Notes under the pieces: model-generated | Told to the model about the DNA's origin: nothing | Databases searched by the model: none | Seen by the model: only the letters and a program-made list of their open reading frames with translations | Shown here: piece by piece, positions 8,499 to 17,711 of the stretch | Position numbering within the stretch: the first letter of the stretch is position 1 | Layout of the letters: every line of letters starts with the position of its first letter | Position numbers and translations under genes: made by a program | From: Candidatus Hadarchaeota archaeon | GTDB lineage: Archaea; CAYQAE01; CAYVLA01 | Length of the DNA: 64,000 nt | NCBI GenBank assembly: GCA_964621445.1 | Contig: CAZUNO010000003.1 | Coordinates: 1-64,000, forward strand | Direction of reading: 5' to 3'

Positions 8499-9053
8499 TT
8501 GTCATCTTTTGACCCCAAGCGAATGCTGGTAAGATCGGTACCGGTTCTAACCGTGCTCCTCCTCATCGAGATGGTAGGGGGGACCGCCCTCGCCAGCTCC
8601 TATCAAACGGTAAGGGCGATCTTTCTCGTGCTCATTCCCCCTTTCCTGGCTGTAGGCGGGAATGTCGGAAGCGTTTTTGGATCACGTGTGTCATCAGGAC
8701 TACACCTCGGGCTGATCCGCCCTTCGTTGAGGGAAAACCCAGAGCTCAGGTCCAATCTGGTCGCATTATCAATCAGCGGGCTTGTTTCTTTCCTCTGTCT
8801 CGGCATTTTTGTTTATCTCATCGGCTCTTTAACCGGCATATCGGGTATTTCACCGCTCACATTCATGCTAATAACATTATTATCGGGGTGCTGTCTCACC
8901 TTCCTGACCATCGGAATATCACTTGGGGTCTGTTTCGCCTCCTTTAGAAGGGGATTGGACCCTGATGATGTGGTGGTACCGGTGGTAGCTTCAATGACGG
9001 ATCTACTGGGAATAATTCTGCTTCTGGGTTTCATTATCTTGCTGGGGAGTTAG
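8499..9053 (+). CDS. MgtE-like divalent cation transporter membrane domain (subunit 2)
   Basis: GGNVGSVFGSRVSSGLHLG and GLDPDDVVVP..TDLLG. Confidence 0.8.
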   Translation: MSSFDPKRMLVRSVPVLTVLLLIEMVGGTALASSYQTVRAIFLVLIPPFLAVGGNVGSVFGSRVSSGLHLGLIRPSLRENPELRSNLVALSISGLVSFLCLGIFVYLIGSLTGISGISPLTFMLITLLSGCCLTFLTIGISLGVCFASFRRGLDPDDVVVPVVASMTDLLGIILLLGFIILLGS

Positions 9054-9055
9054 CA

Positions 9056-9667
9056 ATGGATAGCTGGGAAAACACCACTGTCAGGGGCATTCTGATCGAG
9101 ATGAAGAACACCTCAGAGCTTGCCGTTTATCTCGCCTACTCAGCTCTGATGTTCCGAAACCAAAACATTGCGGATGAGGTAGCCGAGCTCGAGGAAAGGA
9201 TAGATGATCTCAACTCCAACATGAGAAGGGCGGCAATGCTATCGGTCAGGAACCCAGAGGATGCCGAGAAGTTGGAGCCGCTTCTTCGTATCTCATCCGC
9301 TGCGGACAGCATATCGAACGCAGCCAGCGAGATCGCAGAACTACTCCAGAGGGGGATGAAGATACACCCCATCATCTTCGAGGCTCTGGAAATGGCGGAG
9401 GAAAAGGTTGTAAGATGCAGGATCGAGCAGGAATCCAAATTAGCTGGAGTCTCTCTGGAGGATGCCAATTTAGAGTCCCGTATCGGATTAATGGTCATAG
9501 CCATCCGTATGCCGCGGGGCAAATGGATTTGGGGACCGGAGGATGAAACCCTAATACCGGTCAATGGTGTCATAATAGCCAGGGGACCCGGCGACGGTGC
9601 AGCAATACTCAGGCAGGTAGCCAAGGGGGAGAGAGAACTTCCTGAACTGGGGGTGGAAGAGGATTGA
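9056..9667 (+). CDS. PhoU-like + TrkA_C (RCK_C) domain protein
   Basis: LIEMKNTSELAVYLAYSA helical bundle, then IEQESKLAG...VIAIR...GP...IIARG. Confidence 0.8.
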   Translation: MDSWENTTVRGILIEMKNTSELAVYLAYSALMFRNQNIADEVAELEERIDDLNSNMRRAAMLSVRNPEDAEKLEPLLRISSAADSISNAASEIAELLQRGMKIHPIIFEALEMAEEKVVRCRIEQESKLAGVSLEDANLESRIGLMVIAIRMPRGKWIWGPEDETLIPVNGVIIARGPGDGAAILRQVAKGERELPELGVEED

Positions 9668-10257
9668 GGGAAAACGGAAAATTAAAGGATTTAATACTTA
9701 GCATGAAGAACCTCTCCGAGCTCACCCTAGATCTGTCCTATACCTCACTCCTATTCGATAGCCGGGAGATCTCGCGGGAGGTAGAGGAACTTGAAGAGGA
9801 GATGGACGACCTCTACTACAGAACACGCCTGGCAATACTTGACCTCGCCAAACGGGAGGAAGGGGATAGGTTGCTTAGCCTGATGCAGTTCGTGGACTCC
9901 ATGGAAAGGATAACCGATTCTGCCGCCGAGGTCTCGGAAATGGTTTCCGAGGGCATAGATCCCCATCCGGTTTTCGATATGGCCATGCGTGATACGGAGG
10001 ACATCATCTCCAGGGTCGACATCCAAGAGGAATCCGTGCTGGCCAACAGGAAGCTCGCCGAACTAAAGCTCGAAACCAAGGTAGGGGTCGACATCCTGGC
10101 CATAAAACGGGGTGGAAAACTAAGGTACCACCCCGGTGAGCAGGACCACCTACGCGTAGGCGACATGCTAATAGGAAAGGGTACGGAGGAGGCATTCGAT
10201 AAGCTAAGAAGCCTCGCCGGCGAGGAGGGAGAGGAAAAGCTCACGCTAGAGGAATGA
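9664..10257 (+). CDS. PhoU-like + TrkA_C (RCK_C) domain protein (paralogue)
   Basis: MKNLSELTLDLSYTSL, then ILAIKRG..YHP..LRVGDMLIGKG; overlaps the previous stop. Confidence 0.8.
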   Translation: MRENGKLKDLILSMKNLSELTLDLSYTSLLFDSREISREVEELEEEMDDLYYRTRLAILDLAKREEGDRLLSLMQFVDSMERITDSAAEVSEMVSEGIDPHPVFDMAMRDTEDIISRVDIQEESVLANRKLAELKLETKVGVDILAIKRGGKLRYHPGEQDHLRVGDMLIGKGTEEAFDKLRSLAGEEGEEKLTLEE

Positions 10258-10290
10258 ATCCCAAAAGCGAATGCTCCGCTCCGTCATCCT

Positions 10291-11313
10291 CTACAATGGG
10301 AAGTTGACGACTTTTCCCTTCTTGGAGGACTGGTATATAGCCATGATGACTTCTAGAGCCTTCTTACCCTCATAACCATCCACGACGGGCTTTCTATCCT
10401 CGTTTATTGCATCAACGAGGTCCTGTATCTGACGGGTATGTGAATTGGAGCTTATGGCAGCGGCATCAGAGGCTGCGCCTTCCTCAGTCTCTTCGGCAAC
10501 CTCTTCTTCCTCGCCCTGGATCTCCCATTTGGATATCTTTCCGCCCTCCAATATGGCGGTTCCTTTCTCTCCGTGGATCTCCAGTCTTGCCGTAAGACCG
10601 GGGTAAACGGAGGTGCTACCCTCGATTACTCCTCTAGCTCCGTTTTTAAAGCCAAGTATGCCCAGGCCCAGATCCTCAGTTTCGATATCATGGGTCATGA
10701 CGCCGATTTTTCCCCAGACCCACTCGGGATCGCCCATAATGTATCTCTGAAGGTCTATGGTATGTACGGACTGGTTAATGAGTGACCCCCCTCCATCGTA
10801 TTCCCAGGTACCTCTCCAGCCGCCTTTGTCGTAGTATTCCTGAGTCCTGTACCATTTCACATAGGCATCTCCGAGGAACAGCTTCCCGAACTTGCCCTCT
10901 TCAACGGCCTCCTTGAGCCTTACGGTTGCGTCATCAAACCTGTGCTGGAAGATGACCCCTAGCTTAACGTCCCCATCCTCACAAGCTGAGATAAGGGCAT
11001 CAGCCCTTTCTAGGTTGATGTCGATTGGCTTCTCGACCAAAACATGCTTGCCCGCCTCGGCTCCTTGAATTCCCAACTTGGCGTGAAGACCGCTGGGTGT
11101 ACATACATCTAGAACATCAAGGTCGTCCCTATCCAGCATCTCCGATAGCTCTGTGTAGTACTCCACGCCGAACTCCTGGCCGAACTCCTCTGCAGTTGAC
11201 TCAACTACATCACAGACTGCTACCACTTCTGCTCCTTCAACGTCGGCTATTGCTTTGGCATGGTGGGGGCCGATCACTCCGCCACCGACTATTCCAAATC
11301 CGAGATCACTCAT
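10291..11313 (-). CDS. Gfo/Idh/MocA family oxidoreductase
   Basis: GIVGGGVIG, CTPSGLH, HVLVEKP, WRGTW..DGGGSLINQSVHTID. Confidence 0.92.
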   Translation of the reverse strand: MSDLGFGIVGGGVIGPHHAKAIADVEGAEVVAVCDVVESTAEEFGQEFGVEYYTELSEMLDRDDLDVLDVCTPSGLHAKLGIQGAEAGKHVLVEKPIDINLERADALISACEDGDVKLGVIFQHRFDDATVRLKEAVEEGKFGKLFLGDAYVKWYRTQEYYDKGGWRGTWEYDGGGSLINQSVHTIDLQRYIMGDPEWVWGKIGVMTHDIETEDLGLGILGFKNGARGVIEGSTSVYPGLTARLEIHGEKGTAILEGGKISKWEIQGEEEEVAEETEEGAASDAAAISSNSHTRQIQDLVDAINEDRKPVVDGYEGKKALEVIMAIYQSSKKGKVVNFPL

Positions 11314-11420
11314 TGTTTATCTCCGTTAACCATTGATCCCAGCTGTTCTTTAGTCTTTTTCCATAATCCATGGATCCCAGCAGGGCTCACGGCAGCTTTA
11401 ATCATCAACTGATCTATCCG

Positions 11421-13577
11421 TTACTCCCTCATCCAGATATCTCTCTGGTTAAACGGCATCTTAATACCCCTTTTCGAGAACTCGCTTGCTATTTCGAGAT
11501 TGATTTCATGCTTGATCTTCAACCTTCGCCCAGGGTGAGGTATCCAGGCGAATACAACCAGGTTGATTGAGGAATCCCCGAATTCCACTATCCTTACCTC
11601 GCGCTCCGGATCCTCGAGGACCTCCTCGTGCTTTGATGAAACCTCCAAAAGGACCTGCCTGACCTCCTCTAAATCCGAACCGTATGGGACATGGACAGGT
11701 ATCTGCAAACGTATCTTAGGATCGTATTTCGAGTAATTGGTTATCCTGTTCATGACAACGTTGGCGTTTGGAATTAACATACTTACATTATCCCGAGTCC
11801 TTATGATTGTAGCCCTGAGACCCACCTCCAGAACCTCCCCTTTTGCACCCTGAACCTCGACCATATCTCCACGTCTTAACGGTCTGTCGATGGTTAGGAT
11901 TACTCCCGAGACCAGATTCGTCATGATCTCCTTGCTGCCAAAGGCTAGGGCGACCCCGCCAACCCCGGTCCCAACCAACAGGGGGGCAGTGTTTACATCC
12001 AACTGGGAGATAGCGGTCAACCCTCCTACAATCGCTATGCCCCACGTCACGGCCCTAGACACCAGGAGCTGGGTACTGGCCTCTGCTCTCCTGGGGATTA
12101 ACCATAGCTTGGTCACCGCCGACGCCGCTCCCCATCCTATAATGTAGCTAGCAACCAGGATGCCAACCACGGTAAGCACATCAACTATTGGACCGCTCAT
12201 TCCACCCAAACCCAGGAAGAATCCCGTTACGTTAACGTAGGAATGCTGGGTCGTGGGAGGGGTCTGATCGCTCCTTATGATGACCGTATTATCTATCCTC
12301 TCCCCCTTGCTTACGGTTTTACTAACCCGGGCTACTAGCTCCAAAGTTGTCCGGTTTGAGCCCGAATCGACGGTTCCGATAACCCAAATCGCCCGGCGAG
12401 AGCTCTCATCGTAGCTTGCATTACCGTTGGCGTAAACGAATTCAAGACCAGAGGGCAGGACATCCTCGGTAATGACATTGGTGAGGGTTTGCTGGTTCTC
12501 CGAATTATCGGAGGAAATCTGGTAAGTTATCCTGTTCCCGGGCGAGGCCTTTTCCCTGGAGGAGGTTACCGCGAAGGCCAGAGGATTATAGGAGATATCA
12601 CTTGATGGCACAACAATACCGGTAGGACTACCGGCCAGATTGGTCCCATGTAATAAATTCAAATTCGAGTCCAGAACCATCAGGTCCCCCGAGCCCCCTC
12701 CGCCTTGGTTCCCGGTTGCTATATACACCAAGCCTGTATCCTCGTCGACCGCAATCCCAACCACGTTATCCTCCGGATATCCCGTTAGCTGGCGGATATC
12801 TACGGAGGATTCGCGGCCCGTATCCAGTTCATACTTTATGAGAAGCCCCTTGCTCCCGTAATTGGGGCAGGATTTCCCGGTATATACGAATCCGCTCCTG
12901 GAATCTACGGCAATTGCCTGGACGGTTTGATTTACCGAATAATTTGCCACAGACGACCAGTCATCTGTCGAAAAGACCTTTATGCCGTCTCGCGGCCCTT
13001 CCGATAAACCGACCCCGGTCATGTCCCCCACATAGAGCAGGGCCCTGCTGCGATCCAGAGCCAAACCATGGGCAAGTTCCACCCCTTTTAGGTCTATGGT
13101 GGAAATAAGTGACAGGTTCTGGTTCTTGACATCCCAGGAATAGGTGTACAGGTTATCGGTTTCTCGGTCCACGGTGTAGACCTCTCTCCCCGTTCCATCA
13201 TAAACGATGCCGGCAAGGTTCTCAGTATCCGGAGCCTGGGAAGAACCAATGCTGAGCATGGAAGTGCCATTGACCAGCTCCACGGTATTGCTCTCCTCAT
13301 ATGTCACGAACAGGATGCCTGAATCACTGTCGATGGCCAGACCAACTCCACCATCCCCACGCCGGGGAACCATATTCACCGACTGGTAAACCAGATAATT
13401 CGGAGCTGGCTGTATATCAAAGGCACTTATCGGGGTCGGATTAGCGTTGATATTGCCTATTATGTATAGCGATTTCCCGGAAACCCCCTCAAAATACGAA
13501 ACGGATACGAGGGCCAATATCGCCAATACGATACACCATCTTATCTTCAAAGCTCCTCCCATCTCCAGGTCACCCAT
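11421..13577 (-). CDS. MscS mechanosensitive channel fused to signal peptide, beta-propeller and DUF11 ectodomain
   Basis: Signal peptide; repeated G[LI]A[ILV]D...[LV][YF]V blades (~13475-12600); DUF11 (PGNRITYQI...EDVLPSGLEFV...IDNTV, ~12590-12225); three TMs and MscS core (ALAFG..NLVSG..RP...GD.V...G.V..VGLR.T...IPN). Confidence 0.85.
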   Translation of the reverse strand: MGDLEMGGALKIRWCIVLAILALVSVSYFEGVSGKSLYIIGNINANPTPISAFDIQPAPNYLVYQSVNMVPRRGDGGVGLAIDSDSGILFVTYEESNTVELVNGTSMLSIGSSQAPDTENLAGIVYDGTGREVYTVDRETDNLYTYSWDVKNQNLSLISTIDLKGVELAHGLALDRSRALLYVGDMTGVGLSEGPRDGIKVFSTDDWSSVANYSVNQTVQAIAVDSRSGFVYTGKSCPNYGSKGLLIKYELDTGRESSVDIRQLTGYPEDNVVGIAVDEDTGLVYIATGNQGGGGSGDLMVLDSNLNLLHGTNLAGSPTGIVVPSSDISYNPLAFAVTSSREKASPGNRITYQISSDNSENQQTLTNVITEDVLPSGLEFVYANGNASYDESSRRAIWVIGTVDSGSNRTTLELVARVSKTVSKGERIDNTVIIRSDQTPPTTQHSYVNVTGFFLGLGGMSGPIVDVLTVVGILVASYIIGWGAASAVTKLWLIPRRAEASTQLLVSRAVTWGIAIVGGLTAISQLDVNTAPLLVGTGVGGVALAFGSKEIMTNLVSGVILTIDRPLRRGDMVEVQGAKGEVLEVGLRATIIRTRDNVSMLIPNANVVMNRITNYSKYDPKIRLQIPVHVPYGSDLEEVRQVLLEVSSKHEEVLEDPEREVRIVEFGDSSINLVVFAWIPHPGRRLKIKHEINLEIASEFSKRGIKMPFNQRDIWMRE

Positions 13578-13606
13578 CTATCAATAGAACAAGGGCCTCG
13601 GTCCCC

Positions 13607-14446
13607 TCATTCCTTCCTCATCCAGACATCCACCTGGGGGAACGGAATCGCGATGTCGTTCTTACCAAACTGGTCATCTATCTGCCAGTTGATTTCGTCC
13701 CTTATCTTGACCCTTTGGCCGGGGTCATCTATCCAGCCAAAGAGTATGACATCTATGGAGGAGTTCCCAAATTCGCTAAGCCTGACCTCCGGAGGCGGGT
13801 CCTTGAGAACCTTGGGGTGCTTATCAGCTATCGATAACAGGACCTTTCTGACCTTCTCGATATCGGATCCGTAGGCGACCCCGATCGGTATCTGGAGCCT
13901 TATCTTGGGGTCGTATTTCGAGTAATTGGTGATCTTGTTGAGGATTATCAGCTTGTTTGGTATGAGGTGATTGACGTTATCCAGGTTTCTAACAGTTGAT
14001 GCCCTCAAACCGACGTCCACTACCTTTCCCTCCGCTCCCTCCACATCTACAATGTCACCAGGCCTAATTGGCCTATCGACCATGATGATGATCCCCGACA
14101 CCAGGTTGGCCACTATCTCCTGTACGCCAAAAGCAAGGGCTAGGCCAACTACGCCGAGCCCCATCAGCAAAGGGGTTATCCTAATTCCGGCCTCAGCGAT
14201 TGCTATCAGCACCCCCAGGATAATGATGCTGTATTTAATCACCCTAGTAATCAGAAGATCGGTGCTCAATTCGACCTTCTTGGGCTCCAGCCATATCCTC
14301 CGAACTAGGTAGGCCACCGCCCAACCGACGATATAGCTCACTAGGAGAACTACTATTATGGTAATCAGGTCCCCCCACTCGAAGGTCTCCGGATTACCAC
14401 TAGGAAAACTAGGTAATTGCATTTTAACCCGGGTCGAGGTCTCCAC
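13607..14446 (-). CDS. mscS: MscS small-conductance mechanosensitive channel
   Basis: GLALAFGVQEIVANLVSG, DRPIRPGD, VGLRASTV, IPN, IGVAYGSD, IPFPQ. The start may be ATG 14422. Confidence 0.92.
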   Translation of the reverse strand: METSTRVKMQLPSFPSGNPETFEWGDLITIIVVLLVSYIVGWAVAYLVRRIWLEPKKVELSTDLLITRVIKYSIIILGVLIAIAEAGIRITPLLMGLGVVGLALAFGVQEIVANLVSGIIIMVDRPIRPGDIVDVEGAEGKVVDVGLRASTVRNLDNVNHLIPNKLIILNKITNYSKYDPKIRLQIPIGVAYGSDIEKVRKVLLSIADKHPKVLKDPPPEVRLSEFGNSSIDVILFGWIDDPGQRVKIRDEINWQIDDQFGKNDIAIPFPQVDVWMRKE

Positions 14447-14484
14447 TAACCAATATTTTAAGCTTTCTTACGGAACGCGCCCTA

Positions 14485-15852
14485 TTAGACATCGAGATAC
14501 ATCTGGAAATCTACATTTGATGGTCTGGAACTGTAGAGCTGAGCTTCCTCTCTCTTGATCTCCAGGAAATTGGACATTATATGATCTCCTATGGCTTCGG
14601 AGATGACCTCATCGGATTCTAGTTCATCCAGAGCTTCGGGGAGAGAACCCGGCAAAAACTCGCACCCGGCACCTGGCTTGTACAGATCCTTCTCGGTGAC
14701 CTCCCCTGGTTCGATCTCCTTATCTATGCCGTCCAACCCGGCCGCTAGCATGGCTGCGAATGCCAAATACGGATTGGCCGAGGGATCCGGTGAACGATAC
14801 TCGATTCTAGTTGATGAGACATCCCCGGATGGCACCCTAATCAGGGCCGTCCGGTTCCTACGTCCCCAGGCAATGTTAACCGGGGCTTCCCAACCGGGGA
14901 CAAGGCGCTTATAGGAGTTCGCTGTGGGGTTTGTGAGTGCGGTTATGCCCTTTGCATGTTTTAGGAGGCCTCCTATGTAATACAGGGCGATCTGGGAAAG
15001 GTCGCCCGTTTCGGGGTCAGAGAAAATGTTCCTCTTTTTGCCATCTTCAACGGCCACCAGATTTTGGTGGGTATGCATCCCGCTCCCGTTCATGGAGCCA
15101 AAGGGCTTCGGCATGAAGGTGGCAATCAATTCGTTACGGTAGGCGTACTGTCTGATTATATCCTTAATGGTGATGGTTGCATCCGCAATGGTTACCGCTC
15201 TGCCGTATCTGAAGTCCACCTCATATTGGCTTGGGGCCACCTCCTTGTGATAGGCCTCGTATCTAATTCCCATCATGGCCATGGCCTCCATAACCTTACC
15301 CAGGATCGATCGGCCTCGGGTAGGCGGCGCGTCAAAATATCCCTTGTCGTCTATTCTCCTATAATCATCCTCACCCCTTTCTAGAAGGAAGAACTCGAGC
15401 TCCGGAGCAACATAGAACCTGAAATCCAGCCCGTCTACGTCCATGTGGCCTGAAAGAGCGTCCGGAATCCTATCCAGGGTCCTGGCCAGAAGGTGTCGGC
15501 TGTCACCCTCAAATGGCAGGTACTCGGAGCCGGACTTTTGTGGATAATAGACATCACACATGGCACGCCATACATCGCGGGTCCAGGGAACGGGGGTGAA
15601 AGTTTCCGGGTCGGGAATTATGAGCAGGTCGCTTTCCTCCACCGGTACCCCGTACCCGTATATGGACGAACCATCGATCTTAAAACCATCTTGGAATACC
15701 TTTTCATCACGGAACTCCTCGATGGTAACGCTCTTGAACTTCAAATTTCCAAGCACATCAACGAACTGGAGGTCGACGATCTGGGCACCCTCATCGGTAG
15801 CTCGTTGTAGCTTCTTTGAGAAATTAGCTAATGATTCTGAACTCGGCGGCAA
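14485..15852 (-). CDS. glnA: Glutamine synthetase type I
   Basis: DGSSI, EESD, PELEFF, EVAPSQYE, FMPKP, NGSGMH, NSYKRLVPG.EAP, NRTALIRVP, RIEYRSPDPSANPY. Confidence 0.92.
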   Translation of the reverse strand: MPPSSESLANFSKKLQRATDEGAQIVDLQFVDVLGNLKFKSVTIEEFRDEKVFQDGFKIDGSSIYGYGVPVEESDLLIIPDPETFTPVPWTRDVWRAMCDVYYPQKSGSEYLPFEGDSRHLLARTLDRIPDALSGHMDVDGLDFRFYVAPELEFFLLERGEDDYRRIDDKGYFDAPPTRGRSILGKVMEAMAMMGIRYEAYHKEVAPSQYEVDFRYGRAVTIADATITIKDIIRQYAYRNELIATFMPKPFGSMNGSGMHTHQNLVAVEDGKKRNIFSDPETGDLSQIALYYIGGLLKHAKGITALTNPTANSYKRLVPGWEAPVNIAWGRRNRTALIRVPSGDVSSTRIEYRSPDPSANPYLAFAAMLAAGLDGIDKEIEPGEVTEKDLYKPGAGCEFLPGSLPEALDELESDEVISEAIGDHIMSNFLEIKREEAQLYSSRPSNVDFQMYLDV

Positions 15853-15919
15853 GCAAACACCGGGAATTCGTCCTTCACCGAGTGAATAAATCTTTCACCC
15901 ATATCTGACCTAAAAATGG

Positions 15920-17143
15920 ATGGCTTTTTCAAGTAGCACCTATCACCAGTCAGCGATCGATATGATTTCCGATGAAAAAATGATCCAAAGCGCGAAATCC
16001 ATAGTAAAATCGATGAATTTGAAGAGGGGAGACACGGTTGATTTACGGGGAGGTATCCACGCCAGGGAACTCCTGGAGGAGATCTACATAGAGTGTTATA
16101 GGACTGGAGCGATTCCCCAGATGAATATGACCTCGGATCATTTGGCCACCCGGGTCATGGACGAGATACCAGTTGAGACCCTGGAACAGGTACCCAGACA
16201 TCGGCTGGCTTCAGTCAAGGAAACGGACTGCATGATAAGTATAGAGCCCTACGAGGACCCAAGAACAACCACCAATTTTCCCCGGGACAAGGTCCAGGCC
16301 CGAGTGAAGTCCAGCGTACCAATAAGGAAGGTCATCCATGGTGAGGACACCGGGGAAGGTAAGAAATGTTGTTATGCAGGCTGGCCCACGGAAAGGGCTG
16401 CAAGCTTTTACGGAATAGACTATCCGCTCCTCGAGAAATTCATCATAGAGGGGATGACCTTCCCCCTACAGGACCTGCGAGACAGATGCCAGGTCATTGC
16501 CAGTCGCCTCAAGGGAGCAGAGAAGGTCCACCTAACGGACCCCCAGGGGACCGAACTAGAACTCCACATTAAGGGAAGAAGACTCAACCTCGACGACGGG
16601 TTCGTCAGCGAACAGGATATCAAGGAAAACGATAAGGGGAATAATCTTCCGGCAGGTGAGGTCTTCGTTGCTCCCCATGAAAACAAGGGCCAGGGAAAGA
16701 TCTTCTGCCCTCTGACCATAGACAGGCTCACCGGCAAGATAATCAAGGATGTTGAGCTCACCATAAAGGAGGGAAAGCTTCAGCTAGAAGATGCAAAGGC
16801 CTCCGAAAACCTTGATTCCCTGGTGGCCTCCTTCCAGCAGACAATGAAGGTGGACGAGAGTACCCAGGAAGAGGTGCGCACTCTAAACGTGGCCGAGCTC
16901 GGCATTGGCTGCAACCCAATGATTACCAAAGCAATCGGTTACGTCCTGACCGACGAGAAAATTGGCGGATCCGCGCATGTGGCATTCGGGTCCAACTTCT
17001 CGTATGGGGGCACCAGCAAGTCCTCCATGCACTGGGATTTCGTTACCGTGCCCAAGGCCACCATCGTGGCCGAGCTGAGTGGCGGGGAGAAGAGGACGGT
17101 AATTGATGCGGGCAAGCTGCCCGAACTTCCAGCCAAAACGTAG
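15920..17143 (+). CDS. M29 family aminopeptidase
   Basis: NLPAGEVFVAP, AELGIG.N, DEKI.G..HVAFG, SSMHWD. The start is probably ATG 15962. Confidence 0.88.
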   Translation: MAFSSSTYHQSAIDMISDEKMIQSAKSIVKSMNLKRGDTVDLRGGIHARELLEEIYIECYRTGAIPQMNMTSDHLATRVMDEIPVETLEQVPRHRLASVKETDCMISIEPYEDPRTTTNFPRDKVQARVKSSVPIRKVIHGEDTGEGKKCCYAGWPTERAASFYGIDYPLLEKFIIEGMTFPLQDLRDRCQVIASRLKGAEKVHLTDPQGTELELHIKGRRLNLDDGFVSEQDIKENDKGNNLPAGEVFVAPHENKGQGKIFCPLTIDRLTGKIIKDVELTIKEGKLQLEDAKASENLDSLVASFQQTMKVDESTQEEVRTLNVAELGIGCNPMITKAIGYVLTDEKIGGSAHVAFGSNFSYGGTSKSSMHWDFVTVPKATIVAELSGGEKRTVIDAGKLPELPAKT

Positions 17144-17162
17144 TACCTGAAACGGTGGTAAA

Positions 17163-17633
17163 ATGATAAGGGAGGCCTGGGAAGGAGACTTGCCGGATCT
17201 CAAGAGAATAATCATCTCCGCATTCTCAAAAAGCACCATCCATTACCTCCTGGAGGAGAGGTACGGCAGGATTGGAGACCGATCCTGGGCAGAGTGGAAG
17301 ACCCAGGAGATCGAGTCCTTCTTCAAATCCCATCCTGAACGGGTCCTGGTCACTGAGCAGGAAGGGAGGATAGTCGGCTTCGCGGCCTACGACCTGAAAC
17401 CGGAGCGAGAAATGGGAATAATTCTAAACAACGCTGTGGAACCCGACAGCCAGAACCAGGGACTGGGCACGGCCCAGATAAGACACCTTCTCAACATATT
17501 TCGGGAACGGGGAATGAGATTTGCCAAGGTGGTCACCGGTGGCGGAGAGGGATATGCGCCGGCCAGAAAGATGTATGAGAAGTGTGGATTCGAGGCCACA
17601 ATGAAAAGCGTAATCTACCATACTCGTCTCTGA
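17163..17633 (+). CDS. GNAT family N-acetyltransferase
   Basis: IVGF, AVEPDSQNQGLG acetyl-CoA loop, PARKMYEKCGF. Confidence 0.88.
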   Translation: MIREAWEGDLPDLKRIIISAFSKSTIHYLLEERYGRIGDRSWAEWKTQEIESFFKSHPERVLVTEQEGRIVGFAAYDLKPEREMGIILNNAVEPDSQNQGLGTAQIRHLLNIFRERGMRFAKVVTGGGEGYAPARKMYEKCGFEATMKSVIYHTRL

Positions 17634-17711
17634 ACCACCCCCGCCAAGATATTTATACATCCCTTAACTCTACAGGTATGCATATCCTTTTCCCGGTGAT
17701 GAGGAGAGTAA

